Source: Candidatus Poribacteria bacterium (lineage in GTDB: Bacteria; Poribacteria; WGA-4E; PCPOR2b). Taken from it: 64,000 bases of DNA. The notes beneath the pieces were generated by a model, which saw only the letters and a program-made list of their open reading frames with translations, searched no databases and was not told the DNA's origin. The stretch lies in contig OZ244042.1 in the NCBI GenBank assembly GCA_965215015.1, positions 5,879,282-5,943,281 of the forward strand, in the 5' to 3' direction. The position numbers were made by a program, and so were the translations under genes. Positions 17,875-28,369 of the stretch are shown in pieces (the first letter of the stretch is position 1; each line of letters opens with the position of its first letter).

Positions 17875-18090
17875 CCATTAAACTCACACCGAATCCGAAA
17901 AAACATAGCCCTCTCGACTCCATAGGTAGGGCATCTTGCCCCACCGACTCATTGATCTCCATACCCGTCGGGCGTCCACGCGTAATCGGACTGATGAGCA
18001 CTCCTCACATAAATCAACTTGTCCGTAGTAGTGCAATTCATGGCACGTTTGGTAGTAGCGCGTTCATTGCGCGTCACAAGTTAGGGGGGC
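17875..18090. repeat. partial tandem duplicate of MITE copy A plus REP palindromes
   Basis: 17875-18050 nearly duplicates 17669-17845; GTAG-REP units at 18025 and 18052. Confidence 0.8.
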
Positions 18091-18124
18091 GGTGGAGCCT
18101 CTTGACCCATCTACCACTTGGTAA

Positions 18125-18430
18125 CTATTCTTCCGTCAATTGATGTACAACGCTATCTATCTTGTCGTCCATTGTCTGCTCTCTGTCAATGCGTGTGCCG
18201 AACTTGAGCGTTGTGCTTATCCGAGGCGCACCCATCTCATGGACAACCCGATGACACTGCTCAATTGCAGCGAAGACCGTATCCCAATCCCCCTCGATAT
18301 TGGTGCCGTAGGCGTGTAGTTTGATTTTTAACCCTGCGTCCCGGAGGACACGTTCACACGCAGCAACGTATTTGGAGACTGACACGCCGACGCCTATCGG
18401 TACGACACATAGATCTGCGATGACATTCAT
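18125..18430 (-). CDS. MTH1187 family thiamine-binding protein
   Basis: ADLCVVPIGVGVSVSKYVA...HAYGTNIEGDWD...GTRIDR. Confidence 0.9.
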   Translation of the reverse strand: MNVIADLCVVPIGVGVSVSKYVAACERVLRDAGLKIKLHAYGTNIEGDWDTVFAAIEQCHRVVHEMGAPRISTTLKFGTRIDREQTMDDKIDSVVHQLTEE

Positions 18431-19458
18431 GTTAAATTTCTCCTATCCCCTAAAATTTCATCTCTATAGGCGAATAGGGCAGGTGTTCCGCCGGTGTGTA
18501 CAAACACCACCGTTTGATCCGCCGTAAACTGCCCCTGCCGGATGTGGTCAATCACCCCCCCAAACGTCTTGCCCGTATAAACCGGATCTAGCACCAACGC
18601 CTCTGTTTGTGCAGCCAAGATGACTGCTTCTTTGCTACCGGGTGTCACCACGCCGTAGGCTTCGCCTGCGTATTCCCCATAACTCTCAAAATCAGCCCCC
18701 GAAAAATCCAGATCCAGATCAAGTATCTGAGACACTTCGTTGGCGACTTTTGCGAGGTTCGTGTTTGATACTGCATTGTCCTGTGGACTGGGACTGATCC
18801 CCACAATCCTCAATGGTATCCCCAATGCCCGGGCCCCAACCACCAATCCCACATGGGTGTGTACCCCTGAGCAGACATAGAGTGCATCGGGATAGATATC
18901 TCGCTCTTGAAGTTGATCCCATAGTTCAAGGAAACCGTCCACATAAGATACGCTTCGCAGGTAGTATCCATCGCTGCTGGTGTTATATACCCGACGACCT
19001 TCCGATTCTAGGCGTTCAAGCACCACTTCTCTCTCTTCAGGAGTCTCGACTAGATGGACCTCTGCCCCGAAGAGGTGGGTCAGCAGCAAATTCCCGTTCA
19101 CCGGTTCAGCGTGAGCGTCCTTCCTGCCTACCATCACCGCTTTCAACCCCAATCGTGCTGCGACCGCCGCTGTCAACCGCGACTGGTTGGACTGGGACGC
19201 GGCACCATGCAACAGGACATCGTATCCCTCCTCCACCGCGGGAGCAACAGAATACTCGAACTCCCGGACCTTATTTCCTCCAAACGCCATCCCGGTCTGA
19301 TCTTCCCGTTTTACTAGGATGCGTGGACCATCTAAGGCTGTGGATAGGCGTGGACAGTCGAGCAGTGGTGTCGGCAGGTCTGCCAAAGACAACCTCGGCA
19401 GTCGGTCAAGACGCGCTCGCAGTGCGTCAGCAGTAATAACAGTTTTTATATTTGACAT
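18427..19458 (-). CDS. D-cysteine desulfhydrase / ACC deaminase family PLP enzyme
   Basis: PTPL, KRED, GGNKVR (PLP lysine), QSNQ, LDPVYTGK, FVHTGG. Confidence 0.9.
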   Translation of the reverse strand: MSNIKTVITADALRARLDRLPRLSLADLPTPLLDCPRLSTALDGPRILVKREDQTGMAFGGNKVREFEYSVAPAVEEGYDVLLHGAASQSNQSRLTAAVAARLGLKAVMVGRKDAHAEPVNGNLLLTHLFGAEVHLVETPEEREVVLERLESEGRRVYNTSSDGYYLRSVSYVDGFLELWDQLQERDIYPDALYVCSGVHTHVGLVVGARALGIPLRIVGISPSPQDNAVSNTNLAKVANEVSQILDLDLDFSGADFESYGEYAGEAYGVVTPGSKEAVILAAQTEALVLDPVYTGKTFGGVIDHIRQGQFTADQTVVFVHTGGTPALFAYRDEILGDRRNLT

Positions 19459-19499
19459 AGGAACTCCTGTTCAAAAAGAGATTAGGAATTACGCATTTG

Positions 19500-19665
19500 A
19501 GTTTGTACTAGCGCGTTCATTGTGCCTCCTTAAGGTAGTAGGCATACGCCGTTGTGCCAAACCCCCTTCCCTCCGCTTGCGGGGGCAGTTTGTAGTAGCG
19601 CGTTCATTGCGCGTCACAAGTTAGGTGGGGTAAGTCCTCCGTCTGCGGGGGGAGGGGGGGTGAAG
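19500..19665. repeat. composite REP/BIME-like cluster
   Basis: Same module order as 13575-13785; GTAGTAGCGCGTTCATTGCGCGT at 19592. Confidence 0.7.
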
Positions 19666-19667
19666 TT

Positions 19668-22600
19668 TCAATCATCCGCACGCTCCACAACAAGAGGCAT
19701 GTCTTCAAATATTGGCTCGGTCACCGGATCACGCTTAATGAATAACTCGCGCACATCCGCCGTTATCGCATATAACGCGGGCATGACAAACACCGTCAGA
19801 AGGGTCGCCGCAGACAGTCCGAAGATAATTGTATACGCAATCGGCATCCAAATCGGGGACTTACCTCCCAAACCAATTGCCATCGGAATTAAGCCGCAGA
19901 TTGTGGTGACAGAGGTCAAGATAATCGGACGCAATCGAACGCTCCCGCCTTTTAAGATGGCTCGCCACTTATTATAACCGTGTGCCCGGTACTGATTTAT
20001 AAAATCTATCATCACAATAGAGTCGTTGACAACGATTCCCGCCAATGCAACAGTGCCGAACAGCGCGATCATGCTCAATGGTGCTCCAATGATTAACAAT
20101 CCAACCATTGAACCCATAATGCCAAACGGCACCGCAAAGAGAATAATGATCGGCTGAATAAACGACTTGAACTGTGTTCCTAATATAACGTACATGACTA
20201 AAATTCCAACGATAAATAGCCTTCCGAGTTCGCCAAATGATTCATTAATCTGGTCGAAGACCCCTCGGAAATCGAGACGATAACCGGGATAAAGCGATTC
20301 AATATCCTTGAAACTCTGAATCAATACTTGATTGACGGAGAAGGAATTCGTTTTGCTCCCGTCCACTGCGGCGGAGACAGTAATTGCCCGCTCATTCTCA
20401 AAGCGGCGAATTTCCGAATATCCACCCTCCTCATGCGCTTCAGCTACATCCCTGAGCGGGACCATCGTTCCGTTCACGGTTGGAATCAGCAGCTCCTCAA
20501 GATTGGCGATTGACTGCAAATCATCAGAATCGTATTTCACAACAACATCAATCGATTCATCGGCATCGCGATAGGTTGTCGTTATATTTCCTTCGAGGGC
20601 ATTGCGGACATTGTAAGCGATTTGAAAGATATTCAAGCCGTACTGATGGGCCCTATCTTCCTTAACACGCAGGCGGATTTCCGATTTCCCTGTCACAAAA
20701 TCATCCCGTATATCATAAACGCCGTCCATCTGATGTAATTTCTCTTGGAGTGCATTGGCAATTTTTTCTAACGGCTCGAACCGTTCCCCTTTAATCTTCA
20801 CCTCCACATCTGTTCCCTGTGGCGGTCCCCCTTGTTGTGAATCAAATGTGAGTTTTTCAATGCCGCTGATTGCCTCGACCTTCCGCCGGAGACCTGCAAT
20901 AATCTCATCTGTACTTCGCACGCGTTGATCCTTCGGGACTAATTCAACAAGCACTTCGCCGACGTTGGAGCGGACGCTTGAGCCTTCTAGCAGAGAGGTT
21001 GGTGTGATCAAGCCGATGTTTGTAACGACCGCGACGCGTTCATCAGATGGCAGAGACATGGCAACTTCCTCGACCTTTGCTAAAACAGCGGAGGTCTCTT
21101 TTAGACCGAACGAGGGCGGCATCTCCGCTTTGATATAAAATTGCGGAAAATCTTCGCCGGGGAACAGCTGCCTTTCTAACTGCAAGAATGCGCCGATACA
21201 GACCAATACCCCAAAGGCTAAGACACCACAGACGACTACATAACGCCAGCGAATGGTCAGTTTTAGAATACGCACATAACGTCTTCGGATTCGATCGAAC
21301 CATACATGTCGCCGTTGTGTTCGACTTTGCGCCTTACCCCACTCGGCAATATGGGACGGCAAAATCATGAAGACCTCAAACAACGATGCGATTATCACCA
21401 AAATAGCAGTGATAGGAACGATTCGCAGAAACTGCCCCGAAGTGCCAGACATAAACATGAGGGGCCCAAACGCAGCAATTGTCGTTAGACTTGCCGCGAA
21501 GACGGGCCAGGCTACCTCCTGAGCTCCGGCGACTGCCGCTGCTTTGGGGGACATCCCTTCCTGAATGCGACGGAACACGTTTTCAATGACAACGATTGCA
21601 TCATCGACAACGATGCCAACCACGAGAATTAAGCCGAATAGTGTGACGCCGCTCAGGGTATATCCTGACCAATGCAGAAAGAAGAAGGTTGCCATAAATG
21701 CAACCGGAATACCTAATGCGGCAAAAAGCGCGTTCCGCCACCCCAAAAAAATATAGAGCAGCACAACAACCAAGATCAGTCCAAAAACCGCATTGTTTTG
21801 TAGGATTCCCAACCGTTCCTGCAAAATGACAGAATAATCGTTCACCACCGAGAGTTCCGTTCCTTCTGGGAGGTTCTGTTTACGCTGCTCGACCAGTTCC
21901 CGAATCTGCTTGACCAATTTGATAGTATTGCCCTCAGTCTTCTTTTGGGCAGATAGGCTGATCGATGGCTGACCGTTGATATGCGATAGTGTCCGCGGTT
22001 TTTCATAGGTATCGGACACGGTTGCAACATCGCGTACCCGCAGTGGCGTTCCAGTCGGTCGAGCGCGTATAATTGTGTCTTCAATCTCCTCCATATTGCT
22101 AAACTCCCCCATTGTGCGGACCAGATACTCCGATGTTCCCATTTCTAATGTGCCAGCAGGGAGGTTCAGATTATGCATTCTCAGTGCACTGATGACCGCT
22201 TCGATAGGGAGATGATATGCCTTTAACTGATCCGGATCGACTTCGACCCAAATTTCCCTTGCCCGCACCCCCGCCAGCCGGACAGCAGCGACGTTTTCAA
22301 TTTCAAGAATCTCATCTTTCAGATTCTCAGCAATTTCCCTCATCTGATCTTCCGAAATCTCCCCACCGACGACAATGGTCAACATCGGAAAACCGCTTGA
22401 TGTATCAATCTCCAGCACCTGGGGTTCGTCCAGTATCTCAGTCGGCAGGTCATTGACTCTATCAACTGCCATCCGAAGGCTCTGGAATTCTTTGTCAAAT
22501 TCGCGTTCACTAATTTCTTCAAACTGGATTGTGATTAATGATCTGCCTTCTGATGATATTGATGCAACGATATCAGTTTTGTTGACGTTCTCTTCGATTG

Positions 22601-22808
22601 CGTCCTCGATCGGTACAGTGACCAGTTTTTCAACATCTTCTGAGGAAGCACCGGGATAGAATGTGGTTACTGTTGCGGCGTGGAAAGAGATTTCGGGCGT
22701 CAATTCTCTGGGGAGGACAATCCAAGCGTAGACACCGAATATGATGATGACAATCATGAGCAGATTCGCTAGGACGGGATTACTTACAGATAGTTTCGGG
22801 ACAGACAT
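19668..22808 (-). CDS. RND efflux transporter permease (AcrB/AcrD/AcrF family)
   Basis: 1046 aa; GIVVDDAIVVIEN, GIVVNDSIV and RLRPIILT motifs. Confidence 0.95.
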   Translation of the reverse strand: MSVPKLSVSNPVLANLLMIVIIIFGVYAWIVLPRELTPEISFHAATVTTFYPGASSEDVEKLVTVPIEDAIEENVNKTDIVASISSEGRSLITIQFEEISEREFDKEFQSLRMAVDRVNDLPTEILDEPQVLEIDTSSGFPMLTIVVGGEISEDQMREIAENLKDEILEIENVAAVRLAGVRAREIWVEVDPDQLKAYHLPIEAVISALRMHNLNLPAGTLEMGTSEYLVRTMGEFSNMEEIEDTIIRARPTGTPLRVRDVATVSDTYEKPRTLSHINGQPSISLSAQKKTEGNTIKLVKQIRELVEQRKQNLPEGTELSVVNDYSVILQERLGILQNNAVFGLILVVVLLYIFLGWRNALFAALGIPVAFMATFFFLHWSGYTLSGVTLFGLILVVGIVVDDAIVVIENVFRRIQEGMSPKAAAVAGAQEVAWPVFAASLTTIAAFGPLMFMSGTSGQFLRIVPITAILVIIASLFEVFMILPSHIAEWGKAQSRTQRRHVWFDRIRRRYVRILKLTIRWRYVVVCGVLAFGVLVCIGAFLQLERQLFPGEDFPQFYIKAEMPPSFGLKETSAVLAKVEEVAMSLPSDERVAVVTNIGLITPTSLLEGSSVRSNVGEVLVELVPKDQRVRSTDEIIAGLRRKVEAISGIEKLTFDSQQGGPPQGTDVEVKIKGERFEPLEKIANALQEKLHQMDGVYDIRDDFVTGKSEIRLRVKEDRAHQYGLNIFQIAYNVRNALEGNITTTYRDADESIDVVVKYDSDDLQSIANLEELLIPTVNGTMVPLRDVAEAHEEGGYSEIRRFENERAITVSAAVDGSKTNSFSVNQVLIQSFKDIESLYPGYRLDFRGVFDQINESFGELGRLFIVGILVMYVILGTQFKSFIQPIIILFAVPFGIMGSMVGLLIIGAPLSMIALFGTVALAGIVVNDSIVMIDFINQYRAHGYNKWRAILKGGSVRLRPIILTSVTTICGLIPMAIGLGGKSPIWMPIAYTIIFGLSAATLLTVFVMPALYAITADVRELFIKRDPVTEPIFEDMPLVVERADD

Positions 22809-22842
22809 GGAAGACAGATCTCCTTATTTGTGCTAGTCAGAT

Positions 22843-23640
22843 TTATTCCTCTCTATATTCAGCGAGGGTTTGCAAACATTCTTCATGTATCTTTCCATTC
22901 GTTGAGAGAAAGGGAACATTATCCCCGTGATAGACTGAGGAATTGGGTGATAACGGAAACAGCGGTGCACCGGATGGATGAGTGATATTTCCACCGGCTT
23001 CTTGCAGAATAACAGCCGCAGCAGCGATATCCCAGAGCTTTGTGTAGAAATCTAGGCTTCCATCAAAGTAACCGGTGGCAACCGAACAGATGTGAAGTGC
23101 TGCAGAGCCAAGGCTGCGCCCTTTGCCACACTTCTGTATGAATGGATGAAGTGTTTCGAGGACCGGCGATCCAAATCCAAATAGTCCAATAGGGTCTAAT
23201 TTTTTGTGGTCGTTGACAGAAATAGAAGCCCCGTTCAACGTTGCCCCACCGCCCTTGACCGCGCTGAACAGCCGATCGGTGTTGGGGTCAAACACCACAC
23301 CGAGGACCGGGGCCCCGTTGTGCAGCAGCCCGATCGCAACCGCAAAGATCGGACAATGCGCTGCATAATTTGCTGTTCCATCCAGGGGATCTGTGACCCA
23401 ACAGTTGTCAGATTGTACCGCCGACATGCCAAATTCCTCGCCGAGGATGGCATAATCTGGAAAACGGGATTCTAACCGTTCTGTGATAAGTTTTTCGGAA
23501 GTTTTGTCCGCCTCAGTTACAATATCACCAATACCCTTATAATCAATATGACGAATTTCTCCATAATAACCCATCAAAATGTCACCGGCTTCTCGGGCGA
23601 TTCCCTCAACCGATTTTAGGATTTCTGCGGGTTCGTGCAT
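22843..23640 (-). CDS. inositol monophosphatase family protein
   Basis: DIVTEAD, ILGEE, DPLDGTAN, WDIAAA. Confidence 0.92.
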   Translation of the reverse strand: MHEPAEILKSVEGIAREAGDILMGYYGEIRHIDYKGIGDIVTEADKTSEKLITERLESRFPDYAILGEEFGMSAVQSDNCWVTDPLDGTANYAAHCPIFAVAIGLLHNGAPVLGVVFDPNTDRLFSAVKGGGATLNGASISVNDHKKLDPIGLFGFGSPVLETLHPFIQKCGKGRSLGSAALHICSVATGYFDGSLDFYTKLWDIAAAAVILQEAGGNITHPSGAPLFPLSPNSSVYHGDNVPFLSTNGKIHEECLQTLAEYREE

Positions 23641-23673
23641 TCAGTTTATGACTCCTTTCGTGAAGTCAAGCTT

Positions 23674-25677
23674 CTAATCGGGGTTTGTTACTGCTTCAAG
23701 CTGCTGTTTCAAAGTACCGAGCCGCAGACGCACCACACGATTGCGGGGATTGATTTTAAGGAATCCGCTCCATAATACCTCTGCTTTATCGGTATGCCCT
23801 TGTGAGATGTAGTATTCACCGAGGGCAATAGGTGCTGCATGAGATCTCGGATCCTTTTCCATTGATGCTTTGAACTCCACAATCGCAGTATCGGTGTCTC
23901 CTTTGAGGAGAGCTAGCTGCCCATTTCCATAGGGTACCAGTGCGTGATCAGGATGTTCGGTGGCAAGTATGTTAAGTATCTCCTGCGCGTTATTTTCCAT
24001 CTCGCTTTTGTAGTACGCCATCGCTGCATGCACCTTGGCGTAGATCGCCCGGTTGTCGAGGAGGTGTTTTTCAGCGGGTTGCGTCGAATGTTTTTTCTGC
24101 TGTTCTGCAAGACGCGCAGCACCTTGATATTTTGTTTTTGCCCAGATGTAATTGCCGTATTTGTAGCAGATTGCCCCCAGCTCTATTTCGCTTTCGTAAC
24201 TATTGTGTCCTTTAGCGAGGTCATCAAAAAGTGCTGCCCGGGGTCGATTGTCCAGATGGCGGAAAAGCACATAAGCAAGGCTCCCGAGCGCGTCGGTATA
24301 ATCCGTTTTGACTGCGATGGCACGCTCACAAAATTCTGCCTCTTTTGCATAATCACCCATTTTCTGGTGGACAAGCCCTAATTTCCAATAAATCTCCGGG
24401 TCTTTGCTCCGGTTCATTCCCACAATAGAATTATAAGTTTCAATGGCTCGTTGGTACTCTTGATCGAGATACTGGTTGTCCCCTGTCATCATGACAGCCT
24501 CGAGGACGTTTATATCTCTTCTCACCGCTTCTCTTAAGACTTCTGCCGCGCGCTGGTACATGCCGACCTTCCGGTAGCAGACCGATAAACGGAGAAAGCT
24601 ATACGGATCAATCCGTGCGTTCTGGCGCTTGGCGAGTTCGATGGCATAAAAGAATAGTACGCCAGCATCTCGATACTCTTGAAACTGCAACTTCAAGAAA
24701 GCAACTTTAAGCACCGTGTCGTGATAAAATATTTCCTCTAAGCTTTCATAGTGCCCTTCTTGCATTATCGTCTCCCTATAGGGTACCATGACCTCTTCGG
24801 GGTTTACACCAAAGCCGGAGTCTGGGAAATTACTTGGCATTCCCGTTGCCGGACTAGACTCAAAACCTGCCGCCTCACGTTCTGCGCGGCGTCGATCTCG
24901 GTAATTGAGTCTGCGATTATACTCCGTTGCGAGTTCCTGTGCATCCGGCTCGTCCGGTTTGGGGATAGTTGCCCCCATCAGTTGGAGTGCCTTTTTTGCT
25001 TCCTCAACCGATTCTTCTGTGCCCTCGATTGCTCCATACTGCTTAACAAGAGACTGATAGGTTTCTGTGGCAGCGGCTTGATTCTTGAGGTATTTCTGTT
25101 CAATTCTGGCTTTATTAACCAACGCCTGCGTCGCACGCTTGCCTTCCGGGTGGCGGTTTGCCACGTTATCGTAAACTTCTGCAGCTCGTTCATAATTACT
25201 CGCTTCCTCGTAGCTTTTTGCCAACATCAGTTGGGCATTATGACTACGTTCCGACATCGGAAATTGGTTGACAATGGTGTCAAAGGATTGTCGCGCCGAT
25301 TGATAGTCTTTTGCTTTGAAGGCGTAAACCCCCAAGTGCCAATGTGCTTCGGCAGCTTCTTCGCTGTCAGGTGCCGCAGCGAGAAGGTCTTGGTAAACTT
25401 TTGCTCCCTGTTCGGGCCAATTCATTTTTTCGCTATACAACTTGGCGATGCCTAATTGCGCTTGGCGAGCCTGTGGGGTTCCGGGCTTGGAATCGATGAT
25501 TGACTGATAAGCATCGATCGCGCCTTGATAGTCTTTCTCTTGGATAAGTTGGTGTATCTGTTCGTCCATGCCCTTTGAAATACAGGCGTATTGGGTTATC
25601 GCCACCAGGGCGACTAATAAAAAGAAGATGCTACATCTAATAGCTCCGATGGCATCGGGATTCAAAGCAACTTTCAT
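23674..25677 (-). CDS. tetratricopeptide repeat (lipo)protein, paralog 1
   Basis: ATG after AGGAGG; signal ending TQYAC; multiple TPR motifs. Confidence 0.85.
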   Translation of the reverse strand: MKVALNPDAIGAIRCSIFFLLVALVAITQYACISKGMDEQIHQLIQEKDYQGAIDAYQSIIDSKPGTPQARQAQLGIAKLYSEKMNWPEQGAKVYQDLLAAAPDSEEAAEAHWHLGVYAFKAKDYQSARQSFDTIVNQFPMSERSHNAQLMLAKSYEEASNYERAAEVYDNVANRHPEGKRATQALVNKARIEQKYLKNQAAATETYQSLVKQYGAIEGTEESVEEAKKALQLMGATIPKPDEPDAQELATEYNRRLNYRDRRRAEREAAGFESSPATGMPSNFPDSGFGVNPEEVMVPYRETIMQEGHYESLEEIFYHDTVLKVAFLKLQFQEYRDAGVLFFYAIELAKRQNARIDPYSFLRLSVCYRKVGMYQRAAEVLREAVRRDINVLEAVMMTGDNQYLDQEYQRAIETYNSIVGMNRSKDPEIYWKLGLVHQKMGDYAKEAEFCERAIAVKTDYTDALGSLAYVLFRHLDNRPRAALFDDLAKGHNSYESEIELGAICYKYGNYIWAKTKYQGAARLAEQQKKHSTQPAEKHLLDNRAIYAKVHAAMAYYKSEMENNAQEILNILATEHPDHALVPYGNGQLALLKGDTDTAIVEFKASMEKDPRSHAAPIALGEYYISQGHTDKAEVLWSGFLKINPRNRVVRLRLGTLKQQLEAVTNPD

Positions 25678-25711
25678 GTTTGTCCTCCTTTGAGTCGTTA
25701 GCAATGTAATC

Positions 25712-28369
25712 TTATTTGAAGCTGATATTAAGGGGGATTTCCCGAGCTGTCACCAAAAGTTCCATAATACGGTAGTCTTTCAGCCTCGGTTTATACTTAT
25801 TGATGGACCGTTCTGATTTCCGATCGTCGGCTGGATAAGTCGTGTACACCGTCGCTACCCAGCGTTCCGAATCGAGTTCCCATACTATCTGCGCCTTTTG
25901 GACGATGAGGAAGTACTTGCTTGTATCAATGATTTTCTCGTTGATAACATGGCAAGATGTTGAGCTTAATGCTTGAGGAATCGCACTGACCAAGGCAGGG
26001 TACTCGACTGGACTGCCTGCAACCGCATTGATGTCTCCAGAGTAGACTTTGCGAAATCCCAGCACTCCCTCCGCGCCAAGAATAAACTCTGAACCTTCGC
26101 TGGTAGCAATATGTGTTGCATCGTCTAAAGGGTCGCCATAGGCTAACCGCTTTGTGGAACTGGGGATACTGGTTACAGCAGGCAGAATTTGGACAGGTTG
26201 TCCGTGCGTGTCGGTTACTTGGGCTTCGCTCAATCCGATGAAAAACGCGGACGGTAATTGAGACCTCGGGATGCGGTGCTTTGGATAGATTGTCCGTCGT
26301 TTGACGGGGAGTCCCCTACCCTTCGATCCGCCAAACGCTTTGGAGCTACCGGGTTGAGAGGAGGTTGTTGGTTCAACCCTGCTCCGCAGGGTTGCACTCG
26401 GTTTTGCCGAATCTTCAGATCGGAAGCCAACTCGTTCTGTCAGCTCGTGGAGACGATGGCGCACCACACGATTCAGTGAATTGGCTCTGAGCGATTTTTT
26501 CCATAATGCGATTGCTTCATCGGTATATCCCTTTGAGAGGTAATATTCACCCAGTGCGATAGGTGCTGCATGAAAACTCGGATCTTGTTCTATTGATGCT
26601 TTGAAGGCGACAACTGCAGTATCCATGTCGCCTTCGAGGGCGGCGAGTTGTCCGCGTCCATAAAGTATCAACGGATGATCGGGATATTCGGCGACGAGCA
26701 TATTGATAATCTCCTGTGCATGCTCCGCCATTCCGCCCTTATAGGCTGCCATCGCTGCATGTACCCTTGTGTAGACAATCCGGTTATCTATCCCCCGCCT
26801 CTGAAATGGGGTTGTATCGTCTGTTTTTTCTTTTGCAGCAAGCCGTGCTGCAAGTTCGTATTTCGATTTTGCCCAACCGTAGTTACCATATTTGTAGCAG
26901 AGATTTGCCAATTCTTTTTCACCGGCGTAGGTTTCGCCTTTCTGATCGACGAGGTCTTGGAAAGTCGCAGCTCTCTCGGTATATTTCAGTTGGTAATGGA
27001 GCACTTCGGCAAGGCTTTGGAGTGCATCGGTGTACTCGGTTTTCGCAGCAATTGCGCGTTCAAAGGATTCAACAGCTTTGTGCGAATCACCCATCTTTTT
27101 GTATGCTAACCCCATTTTCCAGTAGATTTCCGGATCCCTGGCTCGATTCAACCCCAAGATATAGTTGTAAGTCTCAATGGCTTTTTCATAATTTTCGTCA
27201 ACGTATTGATTGGCAGCACTCCTGATGATAGCTTCAAGAACCTGTCCATCTTTTTTGACCGACTTCCTTACCATTTCACTGGCGTGCTGATGCATGCCTA
27301 ACTTTCGATAACAGAGGGAGAGACGGAGATAGCTATACGGATCAATCTGTGCGCCTTGGCGTTCGGCGAGTCCAATTGCATGAAAATACAACGCCCCGGC
27401 ATCACGATAGTTTTCGGTATCCCAATTCAGATGAGCGATTTTAAGCACCGTGTCGTGGTAAGCCGCACCTTCAACACCTTCCCCACCCATTTCATGAATA
27501 ATCGTCTTAAAAGGTCTCATAATCTCTTCGGGATTAACATCGAAACCTGATTCTGAGTAGTCGGGTACCTCTCCCATTGCGGGACTACGCTCAACCCCGC
27601 CCCGTGGACGATCTCTTTCACGGCGCTGCCTCTGGCGCTCCAATGCACGCTCCACTTGTGTCAGTGATTGATCATCCGGGGTGGGGATAGCGGCTCCCAT
27701 CATGCGGAGTTGTTGTTTTGCGGTATTAACTGATTCTTCTGTACCTTCGATGTTACCATACCGCTCGACGAGATCTTGGTAGGTTCGCTTGGCGGCGTTT
27801 TGATCGCGAAGCAGTCCAGCCTGAATTCTGGCTTTATTGACCAACGCCTGCGTCGCTCGTTTACCCCCCGGGTGGCGGTTTGCCACATTGCCGTAGATTT
27901 CTACGGCTTTCCGATAATCACCAGTCGCCTCATAGCTTTTTGCCAACATCAGTTGAGCATTATGACTACGTTCCGACATCGGAAATTGGTTGACGATGGT
28001 ATCAAAGGACTGTTGCGCCAATTGATAGTCTTTTGCTTTGAAGGCATAAAGCCCCAAACCCCAATGTGCTTCGGCAGCTTCTTCGCTGTCCGGAGCGACC
28101 TCGATGAGGCCTTGATAAATCCTGATTCCTTCTTGGGGTTGATCCATCTTTTCGATGTATAATTTGGCGATGCTCAGTTGCGCTTGGCGTGCCTCTGGCG
28201 TTTCGGGGTTGGAATCAACTATAGTCTGATATACTTCGATCGCCCCGTGATAGTCCTTTTCTTCTAGGTGCTTTCCGGCAAGTTTCTGTGGACTTGACGC
28301 AACACAAGCGTATTGCGTCATTACAATCGCCGCAACAAGGATGAAGAGGTCGTACCTAACGGCTTTCAT
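25712..28369 (-). CDS. tetratricopeptide repeat (lipo)protein, paralog 2, with extra C-terminal domain
   Basis: TQYAC signal; TPRs; C-terminal KRRTIYPK...GLSEAQVTDTHGQP domain. Confidence 0.85.
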   Translation of the reverse strand: MKAVRYDLFILVAAIVMTQYACVASSPQKLAGKHLEEKDYHGAIEVYQTIVDSNPETPEARQAQLSIAKLYIEKMDQPQEGIRIYQGLIEVAPDSEEAAEAHWGLGLYAFKAKDYQLAQQSFDTIVNQFPMSERSHNAQLMLAKSYEATGDYRKAVEIYGNVANRHPGGKRATQALVNKARIQAGLLRDQNAAKRTYQDLVERYGNIEGTEESVNTAKQQLRMMGAAIPTPDDQSLTQVERALERQRQRRERDRPRGGVERSPAMGEVPDYSESGFDVNPEEIMRPFKTIIHEMGGEGVEGAAYHDTVLKIAHLNWDTENYRDAGALYFHAIGLAERQGAQIDPYSYLRLSLCYRKLGMHQHASEMVRKSVKKDGQVLEAIIRSAANQYVDENYEKAIETYNYILGLNRARDPEIYWKMGLAYKKMGDSHKAVESFERAIAAKTEYTDALQSLAEVLHYQLKYTERAATFQDLVDQKGETYAGEKELANLCYKYGNYGWAKSKYELAARLAAKEKTDDTTPFQRRGIDNRIVYTRVHAAMAAYKGGMAEHAQEIINMLVAEYPDHPLILYGRGQLAALEGDMDTAVVAFKASIEQDPSFHAAPIALGEYYLSKGYTDEAIALWKKSLRANSLNRVVRHRLHELTERVGFRSEDSAKPSATLRSRVEPTTSSQPGSSKAFGGSKGRGLPVKRRTIYPKHRIPRSQLPSAFFIGLSEAQVTDTHGQPVQILPAVTSIPSSTKRLAYGDPLDDATHIATSEGSEFILGAEGVLGFRKVYSGDINAVAGSPVEYPALVSAIPQALSSTSCHVINEKIIDTSKYFLIVQKAQIVWELDSERWVATVYTTYPADDRKSERSINKYKPRLKDYRIMELLVTAREIPLNISFK

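Noticed and set aside
17819-18074. Possible CRISPR array from recurring 24-nt palindromic repeats
   Set aside because: Spacing is irregular (a few nt or ~150 nt), the intervening DNA is itself duplicated, and no cas genes are present. It fits REP/MITE.
17587-18143. Short ORFs across the MITE/REP region and the many antisense ORFs overlapping long genes
   Set aside because: No recognisable motifs; they are shadows of repeats or of real genes on the opposite strand.
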